From Epiperipatus broadwayi (taxonomy: Eukaryota; Animalia; Onychophora), in NCBI GenBank assembly GCA_028023455.1, contig JAQFVV010000003.1, positions 23,002,001 to 23,066,000 on the forward strand: 64,000 bases of DNA, read 5' to 3'. The notes under the pieces were generated by a model. It was not told the origin of the DNA and ran no database searches. It saw only the letters and a list, made by a program, of their open reading frames with translations. Both the position numbers and the translations under genes were made by a program. Shown one piece after another: positions 51,663 through 64,000 of this stretch (positions within the stretch are counted from its first letter, which is position 1; each line of letters begins with the position of its first letter).

Positions 51663-53335
51663 ACAACATTTTGGTATTGGTAGGAAATTTATATCTGCAA
51701 TAAGAAAAAAAGATTGAATTATTACTAAAAAGAGAGATGACATCATGAAATTGGTAGAAGATTTTTATCAAGAATTATATAGTAATAAAGAACAAGTACC
51801 TCCTATATCTATTACATCTTCCGAATTGCCCAGAATTTTAAATGAAGAAGTGAGACATGCAATTAAGTGTATGAAGAAAGGAAAGGCTCCAGGAAATGAT
51901 GGAATTATAATTGATATATTAAAAGAAGCAGGTGAAGAAATAGAAACAATTTTAGCAAAGTTTTATACCAAATGTCTAAATGATAAAGATGTACCGGAAG
52001 ATTGGAAGAATGCAGTAATAATATTAATATTTAAAAAAGGTGATAAAGAAGATATTAGAAATTACAGACCTATCAGCCTTTTAGTTTTATATAAAATTTT
52101 TACCAAGATAATTACAACTCGTCTACAGAGAACTTTGGATTTCCACCAACCAAGAGAACAAGCTGGATTTAAAAGTGGTTTTAGTACAATAGATCATATC
52201 CAGGTATTGAGAGAAGTCATAGAAAGGACAAACGAATATGAGTTGTCATTATGTTTTGGATTTGTAGATTATGAAAAGGCATTCGATTCTATACACATTT
52301 CTTCAGTGATTAAAGCATTGGATCATCAAGGTATAGATCCAGGATATTGTCATATTTTAAAGAATATTTATAAAAATGCAACAGCAACAATTAGATTACA
52401 TAATGATACTGGAAAAATCAACATTGAGAAAGGTGTAAGACAAGGTGACTCCATATCTCCAAAACTCTTTACAGCAGTGCTGCAAGAAGTATTTTGTGGA
52501 TTAAAATGGGAAACTAAAGGAGTGAAAGTAAATGGAGAGTATTTAAGTCATTTAGATTTTGCAGATGATGTAGTTGTTTTTGCAAATAATGCTTCAGAGC
52601 TGCAGGAAATGTTGCAGGAGTTAGCAGATGAAAGTAGAAAAGTAGGACTAAAGATAAATGTTAAAAAGACTAAAGTAATGTTTAATCGATTTGCTCAAAA
52701 TATGAAAATAAAGATTGATTATGAAGAATTAGAAGTTAACAGTTACAAATATCTTTGTCAGATTATTAATACAGATGGAAACATAATGGAGGAAATTAAT
52801 CATAGAATTAAACTTGGTTGGAGTGCTTTTGGTAGAAATAACTTGATACTAAAAGGAAATATGCCTATGTGTTTGAAAAGGATGGTTTTTAACGTGTTTT
52901 ACCAGTTCTTACTTATGGATCTGAGACTTGGACACTTAATAGAAGAGCAATACAGAGACTTCAGACCACTCAAAGGAGTATGGAGAGATGTATGTTGGGA
53001 GTAACAAGAAGAGATCGAAAACGCAATGTATGGGTAAGACAACAAACAGGTGTTACTGACCTTATTGAAAAAATTTAAAGATTGAAATGGAGTTGGGCTG
53101 GACATATTGCTAGAAGAGATGATAATAGATGGACAATTGAAATTTTAAACTGGATTCCAAGAGATTGTAAAAGACCCAGAAAGAGACCACATGTGAGATG
53201 GATGGATGAAATAAGAAAATGTGCAGGGGTGTTGTGGAGAAGAGAAGCTAAAGATTGGAGAAGATGGATTAAACTTGGAGAGACCTTCATCCTGCAGTGG
53301 ATTGATAATGGTTGATGATGATAATGATGATGATA
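50390..53335 (+). mobile_element. Nearly full-length RTE-clade LINE with a disrupted single ORF
   Basis: APE endonuclease followed by RT, C-terminal KWSWAGHIARR...RW motifs and a (GAT)n tail at ~53313-53335. Stop and frameshift near 51660-51745, frameshift near 52890. No TSD found. Confidence 0.97.
51745..53004 (+). pseudogene. RTE reverse transcriptase domain (3' part of the broken ORF)
   Basis: KAPGNDGI, NYRPISLL, EQAGFK, FVDYEKAFDS, GVRQGDSISPKLF, FADD and YKYL motifs. Confidence 0.95.
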
Positions 53336-53499
53336 GTAAGTTAATTGTATAGTATGCAATTAATATCAAGTTTGTGTTTTAAATATATAGGGTCTATGAC
53401 AGATCTTCATAGTTACAGTTAGATTATTCTTAAGTGAAAGATGTAATATATTATTTGTTTAGTGGATGGGAGAAAGTTCTAGTTTTGGGCCTAAAAAAC

Positions 53500-54490
53500 A
53501 CATGAATTAGGATTCTAGCCTCATCTGGTTCCAGGTTTGGTCCATTAGCCAAGGCTGACAAGTTCGTTTATAATCTTCTTTTATCTTGTAGAGGGATTTG
53601 AAAAAACGATTAATCATTGAGTCATCACAGCCATGATCAAAAATCATGCCACATCTGGCAGTCCAAATTGAGAAGTTAATGAAAGTGGCCAGTCTTGTTG
53701 TTCCAAATTGACCCTTTTTAATTGCTGCATTAAGAGAAATGTTAGCTGGGTCACTGCCATTTATCTGGTCCAAGGCTATATTACGGAGATGAGTCCATGA
53801 ATCACATTGATCCAGAATGTGGCCAATAGACTCCTCCTGTTTGTTACATAGGGGGCAAAGGGGTTGATGTTGTAATCCCTTTGGTAGTGGAGAAATGCCC
53901 CAGTGGGGAGTGCTCCAAGGATGATTTTTATTAAAAAATCAACAAATTTTGGACTCAGTTTGATGAATTTTGTTAATTTGGAAAATTGAGCGATTCCTAT
54001 TGGAAGTATATTAATGGATTTAGTTTTTCCAGGAAACATTAATCGATAAACTTCCCAATATGATAATTTCCCCTGAAAAAGGGAACCCGATGATTGGAAG
54101 TTTTGATAAATTACTGTAACTTGCTTCTGTAGCCAAATGCTTCTTAATCTAGCGTAGGTCAATTGGTAGGCTCTATCTTTTCCTTGGGGAAGAGGCACTC
54201 CATATCGGGATTATCCTTAAAAATCTTGAATAGTATATTATGAGTTCGTTAGAGGTAAAAAATCTTCAGCGAGTGAAGGCTAAGGCCATTAAGAAGTTTG
54301 GGATTTTGTAATATGTTGAGGTTGATGACAGGAGTCCTGCCTCCCCCACAAAGTTTTCTGCATAAGGTTTCAATTTTTGGATAAACTTGCATGCAGGGGA
54401 AAGCGTAATCAATACATTATGCAAAAGACTTACCATCGTTCTGATAATTTGTTTAACATGATCACCTAATAACCTAGTTAGTATCAAAAA
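53500..54490 (-). mobile_element. L1/Tx1-type LINE ORF2 3' remnant with zf-RVT
   Basis: ORF 53776-54198 ends ...KIILGALPTGAFLHYQRDYNINPF. A frameshifted continuation reads CPLCNKQEESIGHILDQC (CCHC knuckle). Confidence 0.8.
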
Positions 54491-55390
54491 ATAATGTAGA
54501 AAATTTCAAATATTTAAAACTGATTTCATAGTGTTGCCTTATTTTTAAGATTGAAATTGTTTTTTAATTAGCCCAACTATTTGTTTTCAGATCTCTTAAG
54601 TAGTTCATGATAACAATTATAATTTCACTTTATATTATCATTTATTGAGAAACTATTCTTGATGAAAAGGATTATTCTTTTATAGTAAGCCTAGACTAAG
54701 GGAAATAGTATAAGTTTTGTTGTAAATAGATAATAAAAAGCTGCATTAATCACATTCTTGTTATACAATATTTTGGTTAAATATATATTGCTTTATCGTG
54801 AAGTCCCTTAACTATTAGGTACCATTCATGAGAAAAAAAGGGATTACACATAATATAAATGAATTAAGACTAAAAATAGGATTTTAAAATTCTATAGAAA
54901 TGAGATTTGCAGTTGTTTGAATGAGGATAGTTTATTTATAGGGGTTTGCCAGAATGTTTATAAGGACTTGGCATTTGAGAACAATGTAAAAAGTTTAATC
55001 ATATTGTCTAATAAAAATAAATAAATCAAAATCCAACATTAATAAAAAGAATCATGAAATAACAATTTTTTTGATACATTTATAAAAATTTACAATTTTT
55101 TTTGATACATTTATGAAAATTAGTTGAAATATTCAACATTTTAGAGATATTGGTATTTGACCAAGTGATCAGAAAAAATATTTATTAAAGGATAATAGCA
55201 AAATTAAAATTATTTTAAAATTATTTAAATAAAAAAATCATTTGATAGCTATTGAATTGTCAAATATTGTAATACATAAAATGATGTTAATATCTTGCTG
55301 GATTTACATTTTATTATACTAAATTTTATTAATCTTGAATATATTTTAAATGCAAGTATATTTTATATACCTGGATTCTAGAAAACAGTC

Positions 55391-55427
55391 TTTCAAACTC
55401 ACTCTATCTCATACAACTGATACACAT
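55391..55427 (-). repeat. Short fragment of hammerhead family-2 repeat (no ribozyme core)
   Basis: ...ctatctcatacaactgatacacat matches ~21109-21132. Confidence 0.6.
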
Positions 55428-57103
55428 AAAAAAAGAACAATAGTAAAAGGTAGTGGTTTCTGGGAAATATTTATGCAAAATATTTATTGTATTTAAAAAT
55501 CAATAAGTATAATTAAAAAGTTGAAATTCACCTTAATGGAATGTGATATCCAAGCTTTCAGAATTGGGTTGTTTTTGTTGTTTGTGTTACTTTTTAGCAC
55601 AAACTATATATTTAAAACCACATCAATCTTTTTGATGTTGTAATTACTATAATTTAAATCAAATTTGGTTGTCTAGTTGAAATTTATTTTTAAAAGCATT
55701 TAGCACACATTCATGAATTTAGCTTTTTTTTTTTTAAAAAAAAAAAAGAAAAATATTTATTTGGAACACTGTCCAAATTTAAAATCTTTTTAAGTAACCT
55801 ATTGGAGGGCAAAGGCTCTCTAAAAGCCCTCATAGAAGAAAATTGGAGGTGAAAGCCATATTCATAGGCTGCTAATTGGCAGGTGTTATATATTTGAATG
55901 GTTTCTCATCTTTACCTTCTATTTAAAATAACTAAATCCATTTAATGATCACTATTGGATCTGTTAGTCAAAAAAATGAATTTTACATCTGTTGAAAAAA
56001 ATTTCACTTGTATTAGGCCTGGATTCAAACCAGAGTAATAAACATGGTAGGCAGATGTGCTACTGTTTCACTATAAAATCCTTCATATTTATCAAATAAT
56101 AAAGTTAAAAAAAAAAAAACAGAACATATTTCAAATATATTTATAAAAACAAACAATGCCATTAATTCATAAAAAAATAGATAAGAATGTCTATATAAAT
56201 ACACCCATATATCACTGTATATATCAATGGTCATTTTATATATTAATGAGACCCTGATAATCACTATTAGATAGACTTGAAATGTTTTGATAAAATAAAT
56301 ATCAAGCGTTTATTAAGGTGACATTATATATGTATTTAATTTTTATAATTTATGACATTTGTATTTATAACTATTTCAACTTTTAATGTATTTAATTATA
56401 GGAATAATTTCAATCAACCAATGAATGCAATTGATCTTAAATTCAATCTAACTATTCAGTTAGCATTAAATTTCAAGAAAATAAATTTTAAAACTTATTA
56501 ACATACTATTGAAATCTTGAATAATTTTTCTTTTTATAGCATTTTTGATTGTTAGAGGAATTATGAAAAATTCTTTATGTAAAATTCTAAATACACAATT
56601 TTTATAAACAGATAATAAATAAATCATTATCAATTCTGGTGAAATCTTGAGTAATTATTTTTTATTACATAATATTTATTATAAAGTAATTGTCTTTTAT
56701 AAACTTGTGTCTGCACACAAATAAATTCAGCAATATATTTTCCCCATTTTATATAATTTCTAGTTTCTCATATATTAAATATGAAGAATTATAGTAAAAC
56801 CATCAAAAATATCTTTTATAAGCTCTTTATTATATAAATTCAAACTTTTTGTTCATTCTAAACTAGAGCTTCATAGTGTTTTCCTGAAGGTTTGTGATGA
56901 TGGTGTTGTAGTTGTATTTTTATATTGAACTATTTCCATCATCTAATATGCGTATTGAATGTCTTTAGAAAAATTTAACTTTATTTAAATATTTCAAGTA
57001 CATTCAACTGTAATAGCACATCAAACAGGTTAGTATATGCACAACATTTCGAGAGGTATTATTCTCTCCTCTTCAGGTATTTCTGACCTGACCATTGACA
57101 GTA

Positions 57104-57185
57104 TTAGCATGGGATTCGAACCTGGACTCTTAGATTATTGAGTATTGAATTTTAAGGTAATGTTCTAACCAACTGAGCTTCATAT
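57104..57185 (-). mobile_element. tRNA-derived SINE head or tRNA pseudogene
   Basis: Minus strand has A-box AGCTCAGTTGGTTAGAAC and B-box GGTTCGAATCCC, but no valid acceptor or anticodon stems and extra bases between the boxes. Confidence 0.65.
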
Positions 57186-60100
57186 ACTTTTTTTTTTTTT
57201 ACTAGGACTGCATCAAAACTTTCATAATATAGTGAGATTAAGATGAAAGTCATGTAAGATGTATTATTTTACACCTGTCAAAATTTATTTAAAGCCTTAA
57301 AAATGTATAATTCACATAGATATTTATTGTGGATAATATCATTACTATTTTTAGAAAGTTCTTTAAAATTATATATTAAATTAAGATTGATGTGATAAAA
57401 TGTATGCATTAGTTTTGATTTGCTAATATTAATAATATTAAATTTAATATTCCACATTTTCACTCATAAAAAGTTCTATAAAGTGGTCATATATGGCCAT
57501 ATGTTTGTCTTAGATTTTACTTAGTTATGCATTTCTGAAAATAGATAATTTTTTTAGCAAAACTTTTAAAATTGGTAATTCATGTCTGATAATGTAAGGT
57601 AATAATAAAATTTAGGATCAGTTACATATTAAAATTAAATTAAATTTTTGTTAAAATGAATATTGAATCAACTATTTTATTTATTTACTTATTTTGAGTT
57701 AACAAAATATTAATTGATTTTAAGTTTTAAGTTTACTAGCTATAATCCATACTCTTTATTTTGATATATACTTGTTGAGAACCAACATTGGTATATTGAG
57801 GAACCAGGCATCAGTAAAATTAATTGGTTGTTCTTTTTTACACAAATATGAAATTATTCCTGTAGAATGGAAATCAAAAACACCTATAATTTGAATATTA
57901 TGTGAGAGGTTAAGTGAGTTTTATTTGAATAACTATCAAATGCTAGTATTTATTTTTATTACTAGTAAATACATGGCAGATTATTAAAACAATCTATGTT
58001 CTAAAATTTATTCATAAAATTTAAGTTATTCTTCATTTATAGATATTGTCATATAGAGGATAAAACTTAGCAGATCTAATGATATTTTTTTGGGAATTGC
58101 ATCCAACTCATTTTCAATAATTATTCAAATATTTTGGAGTTTAAAAAATAAAAATATATGAATGGATTCTGGAAGGGCTTTATTGCAATGAGAAGCATTT
58201 CTCCCTGACATGCTCTGTAATATGTATTTGAATGTAGCTAGGTAGACTTGAATATTTTTTCCAATTCTAATCAGACTTATAGTTTTTCTTTAAGTAGAAA
58301 GTGTATAGCTTGCCTAAAACTCATCCAATCATTATCATTTTCAATATTTTCAATCCATTGTAGAATGATCTTCAAGTAATTCAGTTTATTGAGCCATAGC
58401 TTCTCTACATCACTATTAATTAGTAAATAAGTATCTAACTATTCTCAGCTAGAGAATAAAACAGGGATAAAAAATTGCTTAAATCTTAACCTACTATTTG
58501 ACAAACCTGATAAATAATATTTTTTTTCTTTACTGTTTTTTTTTTTGCAATGCTACTAATGATTATTTAAAATGTTATTATAATAATTATACACATAAAT
58601 GTAAATATTAATTTTTAATTTAAGATAACTAATATATTTAGAAAAAACTTATTTAGGCTCTAAATGGAATATTAAAGCTAACTTCCTATTAACTAAATAT
58701 TTAAACAACTGTGATGCATGAATTTCAGTAAACACAACAAATATTGAGTATTATAATTATAAACCAGTTTAAGTTAATTTTAATGTTTATATGTGTGTAT
58801 AAATTTAAAATCCAAACTTCATTTATTAAATGATTTAATTTTATGTCTATGTAAAATAAAGCCTTATCATTCAGTGTTCCATTGTTATTTATTTAGTGAA
58901 AAAGTTGATTTAATTAAACATGCTAAATTTTTTTTATTAATCATTATCTAGTGAGAAATGGATAAAAAGTATCAGTTGATATATTATTTTGTCCACTTTA
59001 ATTCTCAAAGAGAAATAGTTAAAGATCTGCTAACTAACTATTCAAGGTCATTATAAGCTATTTCAGAATAATTTCAGAATCCATTACTAGATTCTATAAA
59101 AAGTATAGTTAAGATGATATTGTAATTTCTATTCTTTGATTTTTTGAATAAATACAAGAACTTCTTAATAATACAAGAACTTCTTAATTATCTTATCGTG
59201 TTTCTTTAGATAACCTATTTAAGTTTTTTTAATCTATAAGTGCAATTCACCTTTGACAAAGGATCTGTAGTTGGTTCAGCGATTTGTTGGTGAGCAAAAT
59301 ACTTGAATCTATTTCCAGAAGAGTGGGAAAAAAATAGATCTTGCACACTACAAATTTTTAGAAGTCATTATAAATAACATAGAAACATTAGGTTTCACCA
59401 TCATTTATGGCTTTCATTCTGAACAATTTTAAGCTTTTTTCAAAACAAAACAACAGAAATCGCTAAATGAATTTAATGTAACCGTTGTAGCATTGCTAGA
59501 CAAAAGTTTTACTCTTGTAATAATTGTATGATTATATTCAGAAAATCAGGTGTTGTGCTCAAACTACTGATAGATTCAGGTGGTGCTTTGAATAGGAAAG
59601 TTAATTGTAAATAAAGTCTGACAGAAAGTATCATCCCTTTGCCTTGTAGGATAGAATGTTAATTTGTCTAAGACTACTGATAGCCTTTTCTGTCTCTTTT
59701 TCATGTTAATGTGAGGCCTGGTTATCATGATTCATATCATTAATTATCACCCAGAAGGGCAACATATCTATTCTTCATCTACACACATGTAGCATTTTTG
59801 ATTTCAATTCTCTTTTTCATTTTTTTGAAAACTCGTTCCAGTTATGGAAATAATTTAAAAGGCTGGAAGTATTTAATTGTGATCTTTGCTTAAGACAAGG
59901 GGATCATTAATGAGTCAGTTTAGAATTAGATTTAAGATAGGAAGCAGCCATAATTAGTAATTTCCACCCACCCATATACTACTGTTACAGAAATGGAAGA
60001 AGCCTAGAAAATAAGATCTAACAATGACCTATTTCACACAGTCTGTCTAGATTATGTCTGATGGATTACTGATAGAAATATCAGTAATACTAGTAAAGCT

Positions 60101-60266
60101 GCAGGCTGTGTAAAGTTAAAGCAAATATTATTAGCCTTTTTTTTAAAAAAATATAGGTACATGGAAAGTAACTTTACATGACAAACTATTTTAAGACTAG
60201 AATGGAAGAAAGCCCCGATGAGTGACTAAGGAACCATGAATATTTAAGATCAATATAACTGCTCTT

Positions 60267-60645
60267 CTTCATCATCATCATTATCAAACATTATCAATCC
60301 ACTGCAGGATGGTCTCTCCAAGTTTAATCCACCTTTTCCAATCTTCAGCTTCTCTTCTCCACATCACCCCTGCACACTTTCTTATTTCATCCATCCATCT
60401 CACATGTGGTCTCTTTCTGGGTCTTTTACAATCTCTTGGAATCCAGTTTAAAATTTCAATTGTCCATCTATTATCATCTCTTCTAGCAATATGTCCAGCC
60501 CAACTCCACTTCAATCTTTTAATTTTTTCAATGAGGTCAGTAACACCCGTTTGTTCTCTTACCCATACATTGCGTTTTCGATCTCTTCTTGTTACTCCCA
60601 ACATACATCTCTCCATACTTCTTTGAGTGGTCTGAAGTCTCTGTA
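60267..60645 (-). mobile_element. 5'-truncated RTE LINE copy (same family as 50390-53335)
   Basis: ORF 60284-60616 is nearly identical to the C-terminus of the long copy, with a (GAT/GAA)n tail. 11-bp TSD TAACTGCTCTT at 60256-60266 and 60710-60720. Confidence 0.95.
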
Positions 60646-60762
60646 GCTATCTACGTGTTTTATTAAACTTAAAATAAGTTCCATTAAGAGCAGTTAAATT
60701 TATTTAAGTTAACTGCTCTTAATGGAACTTATTTTAAGTTTAATAAAACACGTAGATAGCTA
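60644..60762. repeat. Perfect 54-bp inverted repeat with 11-nt spacer
   Basis: 60644-60697 is the exact reverse complement of 60709-60762. Spacer ATTTATTTAAG. Confidence 0.97.
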
Positions 60763-61789
60763 TACATTTTTTTGAAAAGATAGACCAATCAATGAAAAGG
60801 AAAATGCATGGTGTTGGATTTGCTGTAAAACCTAATACTGTATATCATGTCTTATTCTTGAAATTTCATATTATATCAGTGAAAGGCTAATGAAGTAAAC
60901 AATAGTGTCAAAACTCATTTTATAAATGTCAATGTTCAACCATCAGATTTAGAGAATTAAAGGAAAGAAAACTTATTTTTTGCTGGATAATCTTATTATA
61001 GCAATGTCATTGAAAATCATGTGAAAACTTTAATAAATGTATTGGTACAAATAATAGATTTTGACAAAAAGTTGTTGGATATAATGGTATTGATGCTGTA
61101 AATTCAAATAGTTTGTTATTGAATTTGTGCATCACACATGGATGGCTATAACAAACTTTAGGCAGAAAAATTACTTTGAAGGATAATGAATGCATCTTCA
61201 CTCAAAACAATTACTTTTAATATATTACATTATAGTTAGGAGTTAGATTTAATATTTATGAGAGCAAATTATTTGACCGATTAATACATTATAAGATTAA
61301 AATAATAATTGCATTAAATGTTTTATTATAGTCATATTCACAAAAAAATTGATGTTTGTTCTTTAAAAGTATTTATTACATATTACTAAATTTCAACAGC
61401 TATTTAGCACTAAAATTGCTAATTTGATCCTTCACTATTGTCATTACTGGAGCATGCAATTCTTTGAAAGAAATTTATTCTTGAGTTTAGAAATGTAAAT
61501 ATATTCTTGAGTTTACTAAAAAGAAGAATCATAATTGGTTTTCTGACAATGATCATATTATTAGAGATTTGATTAAAAGATAATTGTGAAATGTTCTGCT
61601 TGGAGATAAATTAAATGAGGAACTTTATAATTGAGATTTAAAGGCAGAAATTCCAGTGATACAAAGAAGATGCAGATTCAGTGGTTATTCTAGATCTCTT
61701 TTAATGTGCTGAAAGCAGCAAACACAATGATCTGAAAATAGTATCACAATACTATTAAATTAAGAAATGATACCCTGTAATTGATCATC

Positions 61790-63250
61790 TTTTAATGACA
61801 TATCTATTTTATCTACTCATTTAAATTTGGATAACGATATTCAACTCTATAAAGTTAAAATAGCTCTTCGTAAACTTAAAAATGAAAAGGCTGCAGATTC
61901 TGATAAAATATCTGGAAAAGTTTTAAAATATAGTGTTAGTTTAAAAATTATTGGAACTTTTTAGGAATATATAGACCCGCATGCTGTCTGATCTCAAGTA
62001 TACTTCTATTATTCCAATTTTTTAGAAATGAAGAAATAGACAAGATTGTAGTAATTATTATGGAATATCATTATTATCCACCTGAGTGAAAATACTTCCA
62101 AGAATTTTGTTGATGAATATGTTGCTTCCAGTCTAGATGAATGGTTATCAGAGAATGTGGTTCTAAGATAATCAAAAAGCATTATAAATTATGCTTTTTG
62201 TTTCCAGACTAATGCAATAAAAATGTTAGGAGCAAAAGAGTGATTTATATATTGCAATTATTGATCTGATCAAAGGCATTTGATTCAATTAATAGGATTA
62301 TGGCATTATTTGAAATTAGTTGGTTGGCCACCAAAATTTACTCATATTATACAGTTTTTACATGATGGAATGATAGATGTTATTACTGCAGATGTGAAAT
62401 GTGAGGCATTTGAAATAAAAACTGAAGTTAAACAATGATGTGTGCTTTGTTTACAATTTTTTATAACAGTAGTTTTTGGAATTGTTTATAGGTGGTTTAA
62501 TCAAACAGGGATCATGATACAATACAGGTTTGATGATGGAATTTTTAATTTGAATCAATTAAAAGTGAAAACAAGAATTTCTTCTTGAATTATTTACAGT
62601 TTGCTGATGATTGTGCTATTTTTCCCTATTCAAAATACGATTTACAGAGTGGTCTTAAGTTTTGAATGCAAGTTATAAAGTCTGGTTTATTAACTAATGT
62701 TAAAAAAAATGTTGAGTTCTTCATCAGCCAGTGATGAAAGAAGAATCCTTACCAGCTTTTAACTTGGATAATTGTTAATTTGAGAATACTTAAACAAATT
62801 TAAATATCTTGATAGTTCTGTTGTAAATAGAAGGGCGCAGTATAGATTTCAATATATTGGTGCAGCTAACTTAAAAGTTAAAAAAGATATTTTATCACAG
62901 GGAAATAAATAGTAATTATTCTAGTATATAAAACTTATTTTATTTATTCTATGGAAATGAGACTTGGACACTATACTCGTGCAATATAAAGATATTGAAA
63001 AAGTTTTGGTAAAATTTTAAAAATACAATGGCAAGATCATAAAACCAATCAACATTTTAACTTGCTGGATATAATAGTTTAGAATCCACTATTATAAAAT
63101 TCCACCTTTGTTGAGTTGAACATGTAAAATAAGTGAACAATACAAGACTTTTTAAGCGTACTTAACATGGACATGGTTTTCATAGAAGAAATAAATCCCA
63201 TTTACCTTATAAGGATTATTTGAAAGACATTCTAGATAAGCAGAGCTACA
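61790..63250 (+). mobile_element. Decayed RTE-clade RT fragment of a second family
   Basis: Broken motifs in order: LKNEKAA, DCSNYYGISLLS, IDLIKAFDS-like, LHDGM-like, KTxVKQxCVL and LQFADDCA. Confidence 0.8.
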
Positions 63251-64000
63251 ATTAAACATGTTCTTGAAGTATTTCAGGAAAAAAAATTCTGCTGAAGAAA
63301 CAAAAAAAAACTAGCTAAATTTTAGGACCAGAATACTCTATATGTGAATATAATGTTTCAAGTTTTTCATAGTCATCTTAAAACTCATCTCTAAAGCAGT
63401 TTTTTTTTTTTGAAATTGGAATGGGCTATACTCACTTATAAATAGAATATATAATTATTAAATATTGTTTATTTGCTATTTACCAATGGTAGAATAAATT
63501 ATTTTTAAAGTTTCTTGGATCTGATCTTAAAATCCGTACATTTCTAGTGCTCATAGTTATATGACCTTGACAAACCATTCATTTCTCTTATTTTAATATC
63601 TATTCATCATTTCAGTATTCGATACGAGTGTTCAGTATTGTTGATGTAAAATATTTTTTTATGGAATATACTGTTTAGTCTATTTGGCAAAATAATTATA
63701 AACAATCAAATATATATAATAAGTAAATATTTATTAAAGTTGAATATTCTATATTTTATTATAATTTGTTTACTGTTTTGGAATAAAGTTTAGCCACTCT
63801 TCTTGATCTTAGAGAAACATTTTTTTTAAGGAGTACATTGTTTAGTCTGTTTTTCTTAAATATATACTGTATGGCATGCAATAGATATTTATTAAAACCA
63901 GAATATTCTACTGTTTAAATTTATGTTTACTTTTTGGAACAAAGTTAAACAAACCTGTTTTTACTTTATTAGTGACTTTCAGCATTTTTTTTTTAATAAA

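Noticed and set aside
30040-59190. Several short two-copy tandem duplications (~30050-30120, ~36345-36424, ~42044-42078, ~45805-45872, ~55062-55113, ~59150-59188)
   Set aside because: Ordinary slippage-type duplications with no further structure.

Overview
Strongly AT-rich, CpG-depleted eukaryotic (animal-like) DNA. I found no convincing intact host gene; the window is mostly mobile-element remains. Ordinary content: a Ty3/gypsy integrase remnant, a hAT MITE with an 8-bp TSD, one nearly full-length disrupted RTE LINE plus four RTE fragments, two L1/Tx1-type zf-RVT fragments and a tRNA-derived SINE head. Three unusual layers. (1) Fourteen type I hammerhead-ribozyme motifs from two small non-coding repeat families (retrozyme/Penelope-like). 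Thirteen lie in five head-to-head inverted composites, three of them with 11-13 bp TSDs, which suggests double priming on a multimeric or circular RNA. (2) Five long (1-3 kb) TG...CA elements in (AT)n context with no gag/pol. Two diverged ~2-kb relatives sit back to back at 10946-15003 and share a small Cys-rich ORF whose conserved core differs mainly at synonymous sites. (3) An RTE insertion whose 5' end carries a perfect inverted copy of its own target flank. All alignments and folds were done by eye; coordinates of decayed elements are approximate.
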